Positions 20,813-30,452 of a stretch of 64,000 nucleotides of DNA are shown here, in pieces. Origin of the DNA: Arenicellales bacterium (GTDB lineage Bacteria; Pseudomonadota; Gammaproteobacteria; Arenicellales; JAJDZL01); the NCBI GenBank assembly GCA_951813075.1, contig OX638343.1, forward strand, positions 1,335,999 to 1,399,998, given 5' to 3'. Position numbers and translations under genes: made by a program. The notes beneath the pieces are model-generated. The model was not told where the DNA came from. It ran no database searches and saw only the letters and a list, made by a program, of their open reading frames with translations. Every line of letters begins with the position of its first letter. The first letter of the stretch is position 1.

Positions 20813-21457
20813 TTGGAGGAAAGACCGTTGGAAAACGTCACAGTAATCGATCACCCCTTGGTGCAACATAAACTTTCTCTCCTTCGAAATAAGGAGACCG
20901 ATACATTTACATTCCGGTTGCTGTTGCGCGAAGTATCTTTACTGCTCGGCTATGAAGTGACAAGAGATTTGGAGCTTGAATTAAACACTATTGAAACGCC
21001 GCTGGCAGAGATGCAAGCACCATTTTTAGCCGGTAAAAAACTTGCCCTGATCTCAATACTGCGTGCCGGAAACGGACTGGTAGATGGACTTCTCGATTTG
21101 ATTCCCTCAGCACGTGTCGGTCACGTTGGACTGTATCGGGATCCTGACACATTGGTCGCCGTGGAATACTATTTCAAAGTACCCAGTGATTTGAGTGATC
21201 GACCCGTAATTGTTGCAGATCCGATGCTGGCGACCGCAAATACAGCAATAGCAGCCGTTGACAGAATGAAAGATGCCAACGCTAGCAAAATCAAAATGGT
21301 TTGTTTACTCTCTTGTCCAGAAGGCGTTGAGGCATTCACTACCGCCCACCCAGACGTACATGTATATACGGCAGCCATAGACGAAAGACTTAATGATCAT
21401 GGGTATATCATTCCTGGGATCGGGGACGCTGGTGACCGACTCTACGGTACCAAATAA
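20813..21457 (+). CDS. upp: uracil phosphoribosyltransferase
   Basis: [13 protein letters not shown], the PRPP loop [12 protein letters not shown], and the C-terminus [17 protein letters not shown]. The start is TTG, so the exact start is uncertain. Confidence 0.9.
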   Translation: MEERPLENVTVIDHPLVQHKLSLLRNKETDTFTFRLLLREVSLLLGYEVTRDLELELNTIETPLAEMQAPFLAGKKLALISILRAGNGLVDGLLDLIPSARVGHVGLYRDPDTLVAVEYYFKVPSDLSDRPVIVADPMLATANTAIAAVDRMKDANASKIKMVCLLSCPEGVEAFTTAHPDVHVYTAAIDERLNDHGYIIPGIGDAGDRLYGTK

Positions 21458-21720
21458 ATCTGATTAAATGACGAATGCGGGAATTGAAAAGAAATGAAAG
21501 CAAATTTATTGGCTCAATTATTCCGAAAATGCGGATCAATCGGAAGTATCGAAGTCAACCAATTCCTGAAGAGGCGCTATCACGATAAAAGTTTCACTTA
21601 CAACGGAATTTCTCTGTCACGTGTGAATCCGTTGTTGATTTTGAATATTGTTGACAGAGTGGGTAATAAACATTCTTAAGGCAATTCATCTAGCAATTAT
21701 GTACAACGGAGGGTATCAAC

Positions 21721-22719
21721 GTGTACAAGTCAACCAAGTTATTGATAGTTTCATTGGCGACGATCGCATGTACTGTATTCGGCATCGTCGAAGCGGTCGC
21801 TGACAAGATCAAAGTCGCGGGCATTTACACTCAGCCTATTCAGCAAAAGTGGGACGCGCGGTTGCATGAGGCACTTAGCAATGCAGAAGACCGCGGTGAC
21901 ATTGAATACGTCTATTCGGAAAAAGTGTCGAATACGGACTACATCCGAGTGTTAAGGGAATATGCTGAAAGCGGTGTCGCACTGATCGTCGGCGAGGCAT
22001 TTGGGATCAGCCGGGAGGCCAGAGAAGTCGCCGATGATTATCCAGATGTCGCATTTCTGATGGGCGACTCGTTTGGACCGCATGGTTCAAATTTTGCAGT
22101 GTTCGACAACTATATTCATGAGCCTTGCTACTTGATGGGAATACTCGCTGGATCAATGACCAGTTCTAACCGGATCGGAATGGTTGGAGGTTATCCAATC
22201 GGTGAGGTGAACCGTTTGTTTCATGCTTTTATGAATGGTGCTCGATCAGTCAATCCTGAAGTTGAGTTCAAGGTGACTTTTATCGGGTCATGGTACGATC
22301 CACCGAAAGCAAAAGAAGCTGCTTTTGCGCAGGTCGAAGCTGGTGTAGACGTTCTTTATGCTGAACGTGCAGGCGTGGTAGATGCAGCACGCGAAAGCGG
22401 TATCATCGCATTCGGTAATGTCAATGACATGAACAAGGAAGAAAACGGTACGGATGTCGTTGTTACCTCTGCATTGTGGCATATGGATGCTGCGATCAGC
22501 AACGCGATTCAAGAAGTCAAAGATGGTAGATTTGGTGCGGTCGATTACAAGGAATGGACAATGATGCAAAAAGGCGGTGCCAGTCTTGCGCCCTATTATG
22601 AATTTGAGGATCGAATCCCAGCTGACGCAAAAGCTAAAGTCGAGCAGATTGCAACGGATATTCTAGCTGGCAACTACGTCGTTGAAATTATCGACGATGA
22701 ACCAAAATCTACCTACTGA
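21721..22719 (+). CDS. BMP-family (PnrA-like) ABC transporter substrate-binding protein
   Basis: 332 aa with an N-terminal hydrophobic signal (LIVSLATIACTVFG) and a type I binding fold containing VTFIGSWYDPPKAKEAA. GTG start. Confidence 0.82.
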   Translation: MYKSTKLLIVSLATIACTVFGIVEAVADKIKVAGIYTQPIQQKWDARLHEALSNAEDRGDIEYVYSEKVSNTDYIRVLREYAESGVALIVGEAFGISREAREVADDYPDVAFLMGDSFGPHGSNFAVFDNYIHEPCYLMGILAGSMTSSNRIGMVGGYPIGEVNRLFHAFMNGARSVNPEVEFKVTFIGSWYDPPKAKEAAFAQVEAGVDVLYAERAGVVDAARESGIIAFGNVNDMNKEENGTDVVVTSALWHMDAAISNAIQEVKDGRFGAVDYKEWTMMQKGGASLAPYYEFEDRIPADAKAKVEQIATDILAGNYVVEIIDDEPKSTY

Positions 22720-24247
22720 GGATAATTCGGCAACTTTGGAAGAAATCCTCAAGCTTGACGGAATTACCAAACGATTCGGAAATCTGACAGCCAACGATGG
22801 CATCAGCCTGTCGTTGGCTGTTGGGGAGATACTTGCCGTACTCGGAGAAAACGGTGCTGGCAAGACAACATTGATGAACATCATATTCGGCCACTATGTG
22901 GCCGATGAAGGGAGCGTAGAAGTACGCGGACAGTCACTGCCACCAGGATCTTCAGAGGCAGCGATTAAAGCTGGTATCGGAATGGTTCACCAGCACTTTA
23001 CGCTCGCTGAGAATCTAACCGTGCTGGAGAACATCATTCTCGGGCGCGAACCTCTTTTTTCAATCCGACAAAAACTATCGGCTGGTCGGCGCAAATTGCG
23101 TGCTTTATCCGAACAGTTCGGACTTGACGTTCAGCCCGACACACTAGTCGGTGACCTTACCGTTGGTCAACGACAACGAGTCGAAATCCTAAAGGCGCTT
23201 TATGCAGACGCGCAAATTTTAATTCTTGATGAGCCGACTGCTGTATTGACGCCACAGGAAACAGAAAACCTTTTCGCTACTCTGCGTAGCTTGGTCAAAA
23301 AAGGAATGTCTGCAATCATAATTTCCCATAAACTCAATGAAATTCTTCGAATCAGTGATCGAATTGCTTTACTGCGGCGTGGAAAATTGATCGGTGTTGT
23401 AGATGCCAAAGATGCTGACCGAGATCAACTCGCAGAAATGATGGTCGGTCGAAAAGTAACCAGACCGAAAACACAGAGCCTGAAAGCTGGAGCAGCCGTC
23501 CTGAAATTGGAAAACGTCTCGACTTCCGGGGCAAGTAGCAGCGAAGACCTCAAAAACGTTAATTTGAGTATTCATGCGCACGAAATTTGTGGGGTTGCTG
23601 GGGTTGCTGGCAACGGACAGAATTCGCTCGCAGATTTGATTTGTGGTATCCGCGCTCCCTCGTCTGGAAGCATCGAACTTATGGGAAAGAAATTGACTCG
23701 ATTTGATTGCCGTACCGTCGTTAAAGCAGGGGTTGGTCGAATACCGGAAGATCGCCACGCGAAGGGAATCATTGGTGAGATGGCGGTTTGGGAGAATCTG
23801 GTGAGCGAAGACTTGCGACAGCCACCATTCATACGCGGTGCTTTTCTACTCGATAAATCCGCGGGTTGTGATCACGCTGCGTCAACTATTGAACGTTACG
23901 ACATCCGATGTCCTGGTCCACAAGCTGAAACCCGCTTGCTTTCCGGTGGCAATCTGCAAAAACTGATATTGGCTCGAGGATTGTCCCGACAACCTCGGTT
24001 AATCATCGCCAGTCAACCATCGAGAGGCTTGGACGAAGGTGCAATAGCCTATGTACACGGTCAGTTATTGGAAGCGCGAAAGCATGGTGCCGGGATACTA
24101 CTGATCTCAGAAGATCTTGACGAACTTCTATCTCTTGCCGATCGGATCGCAGTAATATTTCGAGGGCAGTTGCGCGAGATACCAGCCGAAGCGTCCCATG
24201 ACATTCGTCAAATAGGACTGATGATGAGTGGACAGGAAGCAGTGTGA
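22697..24247 (+). CDS. ABC transporter ATP-binding protein, fused double NBD
   Basis: The first NBD has GENGAGKTT, LTVGQRQRVEILKAL and ILDEPT. The second NBD has LSGGNLQKLILARGL. This layout is typical of BMP-type importers. Confidence 0.9.
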   Translation: MNQNLPTEDNSATLEEILKLDGITKRFGNLTANDGISLSLAVGEILAVLGENGAGKTTLMNIIFGHYVADEGSVEVRGQSLPPGSSEAAIKAGIGMVHQHFTLAENLTVLENIILGREPLFSIRQKLSAGRRKLRALSEQFGLDVQPDTLVGDLTVGQRQRVEILKALYADAQILILDEPTAVLTPQETENLFATLRSLVKKGMSAIIISHKLNEILRISDRIALLRRGKLIGVVDAKDADRDQLAEMMVGRKVTRPKTQSLKAGAAVLKLENVSTSGASSSEDLKNVNLSIHAHEICGVAGVAGNGQNSLADLICGIRAPSSGSIELMGKKLTRFDCRTVVKAGVGRIPEDRHAKGIIGEMAVWENLVSEDLRQPPFIRGAFLLDKSAGCDHAASTIERYDIRCPGPQAETRLLSGGNLQKLILARGLSRQPRLIIASQPSRGLDEGAIAYVHGQLLEARKHGAGILLISEDLDELLSLADRIAVIFRGQLREIPAEASHDIRQIGLMMSGQEAV

Positions 24248-25296
24248 TTAGACTCGAACCGCGAGAGCGAGTTCCAATCTGGCTCGCTGGAATCGCACCG
24301 ATTGTGGCCATCATTGTCACTCTGGTGCTGTGCTCGGCGCTGATCCTGTGGGCTGGTGAGCCGGTATTTCAATCGTATTTGTTGCTTGTCGAAGGCGCTC
24401 TAGGGTCAAAGTTCGCAATTTCTGAAACCCTATCGAGGGCAACTCCGCTGATTTTCACCGGTCTCGCAGCTGCTGTGGCATTTCGTGCAAAGTTCTGGAA
24501 CATAGGTGCAGAAGGACAGTTCTACTTTGGTGCCCTGGCGGTAACCTGGATTGGTACGGGTCTATTCTCACTCCCACCAGTGTTGATGATTCCCATACTG
24601 TTTCTGGCCGGTGCAGTTGCCGGTGGCGCGTTACTTTATGTACCGGTAGTGCTTAAAACGCGTCTGAACGTTGACGAAGTCGTTACTACCCTACTTCTCA
24701 ACTTCGTAGTGATATTGCTTGTGAGCTATTTGATTGAAGGACCATGGAAAGACCCGATGTCTTTGGGTTGGCCGCAAGCAGCACCGATTATCGAACAAGG
24801 AGAACTGCCGAAGCTTTTGGAGCGGACTCGTCTCCATCTGGGGTTTGTAGTCGCCATAGTCGCTGCTATCGCAGTGTGGTTTTTGATGAAACTGACAGTG
24901 TGGGGTTACGAAATTCGAGCCGTCGGATTCAATGCGGAAGGAGCATCCTTTGCTGGAATTTCGATCAACAGCACTGTAATCAGGACTGCACTCATCAGTG
25001 GTGGATTAGCTGGTATGGCGGGCGTATCTGAAGTAGCTGGGCTGAAAGGTTACCTGACATTGGATCTATCCCCCGGATTTGGATATGCCGGAATCGCTGT
25101 AGCGATGCTTGCCCAACTTCATCCACTCGGTGTAATCGCTTCGGCTATCTTTCTATCGGCGATTTTTATAGGCGCTGATTCGATGAGCCGATCGAGTGAT
25201 GTTTCAAGTTACATCGCGGATGTGGTAACCGCAGTTTCGTTGTTGCTCGTACTACTCAGCGTCATGCTTGTAAGATTTCGAGTCAGGTGGTCGTGA
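24244..25296 (+). CDS. ABC transporter permease
   Basis: 350 aa, polytopic. GTG start overlapping the ATPase stop. Confidence 0.85.
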   Translation: MIRLEPRERVPIWLAGIAPIVAIIVTLVLCSALILWAGEPVFQSYLLLVEGALGSKFAISETLSRATPLIFTGLAAAVAFRAKFWNIGAEGQFYFGALAVTWIGTGLFSLPPVLMIPILFLAGAVAGGALLYVPVVLKTRLNVDEVVTTLLLNFVVILLVSYLIEGPWKDPMSLGWPQAAPIIEQGELPKLLERTRLHLGFVVAIVAAIAVWFLMKLTVWGYEIRAVGFNAEGASFAGISINSTVIRTALISGGLAGMAGVSEVAGLKGYLTLDLSPGFGYAGIAVAMLAQLHPLGVIASAIFLSAIFIGADSMSRSSDVSSYIADVVTAVSLLLVLLSVMLVRFRVRWS

Positions 25297-25325
25297 ACGA
25301 ATCATGAATTCAGAGCCGGATTGAA

Positions 25326-26273
25326 ATGGCAGATATTTTCGAAATCTTAACGACCCTAGGGTTCTGGGCTGCGACTTTGCGAATCGTCAGCCCGCTAATC
25401 TTCGGAACCTTGGGCGAATTGCTTTGTGAGCGAGCTGGCGTACTGAATCTCGGTATTGAAGGCATTATGACGATTGGTGCGATGGCGGGTTGGATGTGGG
25501 TTTTTCAAGGAGGAGATCTGTGGACAGCGGTTCTTTTTGCTGCGTTTGTTGGTGGCATATTCGGTCTTTTGCACGCGAGCTTTACGGTTTACCTCGGTGT
25601 TTCCCAGCATGTGACAGGAATCGGAATTACTCTGCTTGCTGTCGCACTCAGCTCATACATTTTTCGAATGATGTTACCGGAAGTAACGACACCGCCTAAG
25701 ATTGTTCCTTTTCAAATTTATGAAGTTCCACTTTTACATGAGATTCCATTTGTAGGCCCAGTATTATTTAGCCAAACACCGCTGACGTATCTTGCTCTAT
25801 TGCTGGTTCCTGTCGTGTGGTACTTGCTCTATCGAACACCTATGGGTCTCGCCATTCGCATGGCAGGCGAAAATCCAGTGGCAGTTGAGGCGCAAGGCAT
25901 TGATGTATTGATGGTGCGAACCGCAGCAGTGGTTGCTGGCTCCGCAATGATGGCGATAGGAGGTGCTTTTCTTACCCTGTCGGCATTCGACGCTTTTTAC
26001 TTTGGAATGATTAACGGTCGAGGGTGGATATGTATTGCACTAGTGATATTTGCATCGTGGCGACCTGGTAAAGCACTCATCGCCGCATTGCTATTCGCGG
26101 GATTGGACGCGCTTCAAGTTCGTGCGCAACAAGTTGGAGGAGCGGTCATACCCTACCAGTTTTTCCTGGCACTGCCGTATTTACTCACCATAGCCGCCAT
26201 GGTGGTGATGTCGAGACGCACCGCCTATCCCAAGGCGTTACTCAAACCGTTTCGACGCGGTGATAGAATTTAA
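25326..26273 (+). CDS. ABC transporter permease
   Basis: 315 aa, polytopic; second permease of the BMP-type system. Confidence 0.85.
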   Translation: MADIFEILTTLGFWAATLRIVSPLIFGTLGELLCERAGVLNLGIEGIMTIGAMAGWMWVFQGGDLWTAVLFAAFVGGIFGLLHASFTVYLGVSQHVTGIGITLLAVALSSYIFRMMLPEVTTPPKIVPFQIYEVPLLHEIPFVGPVLFSQTPLTYLALLLVPVVWYLLYRTPMGLAIRMAGENPVAVEAQGIDVLMVRTAAVVAGSAMMAIGGAFLTLSAFDAFYFGMINGRGWICIALVIFASWRPGKALIAALLFAGLDALQVRAQQVGGAVIPYQFFLALPYLLTIAAMVVMSRRTAYPKALLKPFRRGDRI

Positions 26274-26293
26274 ATCCGAATGGAGGAAAATTC

Positions 26294-27571
26294 ATGATCG
26301 ACCTACTACTAAGAAATGCCAATTTATCTGACGGCCGACACGGAATCGACATTGCAATTGACGACGGCCGCATTATTGATGTCGCATTCGGGATCGAAGC
26401 GGTTGCGAACGAAACTCTCGAGTTGGATAACTGGTTAGTCTCACCACCCTTCGTCGATCCTCATTTTCATCTTGACTCTACCCTGGCCGCTGGACGACCT
26501 CGCGTCAACCACAGCGGTACGCTACTTGAAGGCATCGAAATCTGGGGTGATTTGGCGCCGACACTAACCGCGGACGACATCAAAAATAGAGCCCGTGAGC
26601 TTTGTCACTGGTCTATTGCCCGGGGTTGTCTTGCGATTCGTAGCCACATTGACGTTACCAATGACTCACTTCTCGCGGTTGATGCACTTCTTGATCTTCG
26701 AGAAGAAATGGCGCCTTGGATTGATTTGCAATTTGTAGCTTTCCCTCAAAACGGGTTCTACCGATATGCCAATTCACCTCAAAATCTTGTGCGCGCACTT
26801 GATAAAGGAGTGGATGTGGTCGGTGGTATTCCTCACTTTGAGCGAACAATGGCTGATGGTGCAGCCTCCGTAAAGGCACTTTGTGAAATCGCAGCAGAAC
26901 GCGGACTGTTGGTAGACTTACATTGCGACGAAACCGATGATCCGAATTCTCGCCACATTGAGACACTCGCACAGGAAACTCAACGACTGGGTATGCACGG
27001 GCGAGTTACAGGCTCGCATCTGACATCAATGCATTCGATGAACAACTACTACGTGAGCAAGCTACTTCCGTTGATGAAGGAAGCTGAAGTAGCCGCAGTT
27101 GCCAATCCGTTGATCAATATCGTCATTCAAGGCCGTCACGACACCTACCCCAAACGACGTGGGATGACACGTGTCAAGGAAATGGTTCAGATGGAGATTC
27201 CAGTTGCGCTTGGGCATGATTGCGTCATGGACCCTTGGTATGGACTCGGCAGTCATGACATGCTGGAAGTAGCGCATATGGCTGTTCATGTCGGTCAGAT
27301 GACGGGTGTAGACGAAATGAATACCATTTTTGACGGTATTACCAAAACCGCCGCTGAAACTCTTCACTTAGAAAACTATGGAATTGAACCCGGCTGCAAT
27401 GCGGACCTGTTAGTCCTTCAAGCTCGAGATCCCGTAGAAGCGATTCGATTGCGTGCAACGCGGCTTTTTGTGCTGCGTCGCGGTTCAGTTATTGCTCAAT
27501 CAAAACCTGAACAATCCACCTTGACATTCGGTGACAAAGAACAGACGGTCGATTTTCTCGCTAGACAATAA
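26294..27571 (+). CDS. codA: cytosine deaminase
   Basis: PPFVDPHFHLDSTL (HxH metal site) and SGTLLEGIEIW. The protein is colinear with E. coli CodA over its length. Confidence 0.8.
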   Translation: MIDLLLRNANLSDGRHGIDIAIDDGRIIDVAFGIEAVANETLELDNWLVSPPFVDPHFHLDSTLAAGRPRVNHSGTLLEGIEIWGDLAPTLTADDIKNRARELCHWSIARGCLAIRSHIDVTNDSLLAVDALLDLREEMAPWIDLQFVAFPQNGFYRYANSPQNLVRALDKGVDVVGGIPHFERTMADGAASVKALCEIAAERGLLVDLHCDETDDPNSRHIETLAQETQRLGMHGRVTGSHLTSMHSMNNYYVSKLLPLMKEAEVAAVANPLINIVIQGRHDTYPKRRGMTRVKEMVQMEIPVALGHDCVMDPWYGLGSHDMLEVAHMAVHVGQMTGVDEMNTIFDGITKTAAETLHLENYGIEPGCNADLLVLQARDPVEAIRLRATRLFVLRRGSVIAQSKPEQSTLTFGDKEQTVDFLARQ

Positions 27572-27612
27572 TTGTCGGATCAACCCGATTTGTCGACGCT
27601 ATAAGAAACTAG

Positions 27613-28103
27613 AATTTTTCGTACGTCTTTGCTCCAGCATCGAAATTCGGAAGTTACCTGATACCCCAATTAGCCGTAATGCTGGATGTCCAGCAGATTT
27701 CTGACACTAGTGAAATTTTCAGCGACGATACTTTCGTTGGTCCGATCTATGCTGGAAATGCGTTGGCCACGGTACGGTCATCTGAATTTGTAAATCTGAT
27801 CACCTTGCACACCACAGCTATGGATGCCACCATCTAACAGGATGGTACTGGAAATGTTGGGGATCTGGCATCATTGGAAAACTCCGGATTGGCTGCATTT
27901 GTCCGTCATGACCTCACCCGAATTGAACGATACGAATCAACTGCTGTGAGGGTCGTCTTATCCGGTGGACGGGGTATGCGAAGCGGCATAAATTCACCAT
28001 GCTTGAGAATGTGGTCGACAAACCAGGAGCAACGGTCGGCACTTCCAGAGCGGTGTTTGATGCAGAATATTTGCCGAATACTAACGGGGACCGGGCAGGA
28101 TGA
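27613..28103 (+). pseudogene. etfA: decayed electron-transfer flavoprotein alpha-subunit (etfA) relic
   Basis: Fragment 1 (frame 1) reads YVFAPASKFGSYLIPQLAVMLDVQQISD...TFVGPIYAGNALATVRSS..., ending at TAA 27835-27837. Fragment 2 reads ...RVVLSGGRGMRSG. After a frameshift near 27990, fragment 3 reads KFTMLENVVDKPGATVGTSRAVFDAEYLPN. The N-terminal roughly 100 aa and the C-terminal FAD-binding tail are missing, and there is no etfB upstream. Confidence 0.75.
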
Positions 28104-28106
28104 CAG

Positions 28107-28991
28107 TTACTCACCTGCAGAGTCAGGTTTTTCAGACTCAGACAGCGCTTTTTGAAATCTTACATCCCGGTAATAACCCAGTGCAATGATCAGTGACTGC
28201 GCAAGAACTATTGCACCGGACAAAGGACGAAATCGGTGTACTTTCGCATCACGGACTATAAAACAAAGACTCGAATTTCGAGCAAGAGGACTAGTCATCA
28301 AGTCGGTAATTGCGAGCACCGGGACGTTGCGGATGTATGCGTCGGAGACTGCATCGACAACCGGTTGCGCATATTCAGCAAAACTAACGGCAATCAACAG
28401 ATCTTTCGCGTTCAATGTGGCAATCTGTTGAGTAAGCATGCCGCCGACCGAATCAAGCAAGTGGCAACGGTACTCGAGTCTGGCCAATCCATAAGCGAGA
28501 TAAGCTGCGATTGGAAAAGCGCGTCGCTGTCCGATGACATAAATATCGCCTGTGCTGTCCATCATACGAATCGCCTCCTGCAACTTGTCTCCATCAATAT
28601 CATCTTTCAAGTGCTGCAGTGCCAGTATCGATGCATCAGCGAATTCTTTAAGAATAGCAGCGGAATCCGTTTCCGCTATTTCTTCCATTTTCTGACGGTG
28701 ATCGTAAATTTGATCACGAAACGTTGGAACCCCTTCAATCAAGCGCAATCTGAAGACTCGTTGCATCTCGGAGAAACCCGAATACCCGAATACTTTGGCC
28801 AGCCGAATCAGCGTGGATGGCTGCACACCAATTTGTTGCGCTATTTCTGCGACAGTGTACAAAGCAAAGCGATTTGGATCTTCAAGGGAGTACTGCGCAA
28901 CTTTTTTTAAATGCGGACTTAATTCCTCAAACTGGTGTTGAATAAGTTCACGCAATCGATCGAAGTCGAGTGGTGCTTCGTTGTCCATCAT
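28107..28991 (-). CDS. MurR/RpiR-family transcriptional regulator (HTH + SIS domain)
   Basis: The N-terminal HTH is YTVAEIAQQIGVQPSTLIRLAKVFGYSGFSEMQ. The C-terminal half is a SIS sugar-phosphate-binding fold. It is transcribed divergently from the operon at 29459. Confidence 0.85.
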   Translation of the reverse strand: MMDNEAPLDFDRLRELIQHQFEELSPHLKKVAQYSLEDPNRFALYTVAEIAQQIGVQPSTLIRLAKVFGYSGFSEMQRVFRLRLIEGVPTFRDQIYDHRQKMEEIAETDSAAILKEFADASILALQHLKDDIDGDKLQEAIRMMDSTGDIYVIGQRRAFPIAAYLAYGLARLEYRCHLLDSVGGMLTQQIATLNAKDLLIAVSFAEYAQPVVDAVSDAYIRNVPVLAITDLMTSPLARNSSLCFIVRDAKVHRFRPLSGAIVLAQSLIIALGYYRDVRFQKALSESEKPDSAGE

Positions 28992-29359
28992 GCAGCGCTC
29001 ATTTACATTTGATCCAAGTTGGATTCTATTCCGGTCATTACCTATCAGGAAGTGACTTCGATATATGGCAAATCAAAAAATTTATTCGTCAAAGTTCAAG
29101 ATTGCTGCTCAGTGTTGTCGCAGCTGAAACCCAATCGCTGTCAAACCCCATTTCTCATTCGCCTTGTCAGACTGTTAATTGTAGTGCAAGTTAAGCGAGT
29201 TCATTTTCCGCAAGTTTGCGCTGTCAAAGTTGAAAACATCAATTCTGATCAAATTGGAAATTCATCATCATCCCACAACGACGAATAGTCAAAATTTTCT
29301 CAGATTCTTCGCGTCTGAACGTGAAGTTCGATCATTTTCATTCAATTTAAAAGGAAGTA

Positions 29360-29412
29360 TTGACAAATACAGAATTTTTATTCTAAAATTTAGAAATAAT
29401 GAAATATTCATT
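29360..29412 (+). promoter_or_regulatory. promoter with two adjacent palindromic operator candidates
   Basis: TTGACA (29360-29365), an 18-nt spacer, then TAAAAT (29384-29389). The palindrome TTCTAAA-a-TTTAGAA (29381-29395) overlaps the -10 element. A second palindrome, AATGAA-ata-TTCATT, lies at 29398-29412. Confidence 0.5.
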
Positions 29413-29458
29413 TTATACTGTGTATAAGAAATAATTATTCAATTTGATGGGAGTGCAG

Positions 29459-30379
29459 ATGACAGTAGCAGTTGGTTTTGCCGGTCTGGGACTTATGGGT
29501 AGTGGAATAGCAAGAAATATTCTTTCTGCCGGTTATTCATTATCCGTCGTTGGCCATAACAAGCGGACCAATCTAGACGATTTGGTCAAGCGCGGGGCGA
29601 GAGAGTTTAACACTTACCGTGACTTGGCGGAGCACTGTGACCTGATCATTCTTTGCGTAACCGGAAGCCCTGAGGTTGAAAGCATTCTTTATCCCAAGGA
29701 TGGGTTGTTGGAAGGCATTCGCGAAGGCAAGATTGTCATTGACTGTTCAACGAGCGAACCTGGTTCGAGCGAACGAATCGCGAGTTCGCTGGAAAAACTG
29801 GGGGCATCTTTAGTTGATGCTCCTCTCGCACGTACGCCGGCCGATGCACAAGCCGGTCGTCTTAACACGATGGTTGGTGCATCAAACGACGATTTTGCGC
29901 GCGTTGAACCTTTGTTGCAAGAATTTTGCGAAAACATATTCCATATGGGACCTGTAGGTTCAGGCCACAAAACCAAACTCATCTACAACTTCATTACCAT
30001 GGGTTATGCCGCAATTATTTCCGAAGCCTTTTGCGCTTGCGCAGCTACCGGAGTCGATTTGAAGAATTTTTCCGATGTAGTGGCTTCAGGTGGAGCCAAC
30101 AGCGGAATATTTCAGCTGATCGCGCCAAAAGCCATAGAATCAGGAGATTGTTCCGGGCTCAACTTCAGTATGGCAAACGCAGCCAAAGACCTTCGCTATT
30201 ACAACCGAATGATGGATTCCATCCCTCTTTCGGGAAATTTGGGAAGAGCAGTACAGCATGCACTAATTCAAGGTCTTAACCTCGGTTACGCTGACGGACT
30301 GGTAGGAGACTTGCTACACGTCCAAGAAAAGCTCAACGGAGTGCAAATCTTGAATCAAGAATCCGGAAACAGCGCTTGA
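29459..30379 (+). CDS. beta-hydroxyacid dehydrogenase (3-hydroxyisobutyrate / tartronate-semialdehyde reductase family)
   Basis: GFAGLGLMGSGIARN Rossmann motif and GSGHKTKLIYNF catalytic-Lys motif. The start is set at ATG 29459, which lies behind a GGGAG. Confidence 0.8.
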   Translation: MTVAVGFAGLGLMGSGIARNILSAGYSLSVVGHNKRTNLDDLVKRGAREFNTYRDLAEHCDLIILCVTGSPEVESILYPKDGLLEGIREGKIVIDCSTSEPGSSERIASSLEKLGASLVDAPLARTPADAQAGRLNTMVGASNDDFARVEPLLQEFCENIFHMGPVGSGHKTKLIYNFITMGYAAIISEAFCACAATGVDLKNFSDVVASGGANSGIFQLIAPKAIESGDCSGLNFSMANAAKDLRYYNRMMDSIPLSGNLGRAVQHALIQGLNLGYADGLVGDLLHVQEKLNGVQILNQESGNSA

Positions 30380-30452
30380 CCTACAGCACTGCCTACTAAT
30401 CACATTGGATAAATTTTAAGAATTGAACCTAGTATCAAAAAGGAGAAAATCG

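Noticed and set aside
21494-21679. 61-aa ORF in the upp-to-binding-protein spacer.
   Set aside because: It has no SD and no motif, and it spans the inverted repeat and promoter-like sequences. The region is more likely regulatory DNA.
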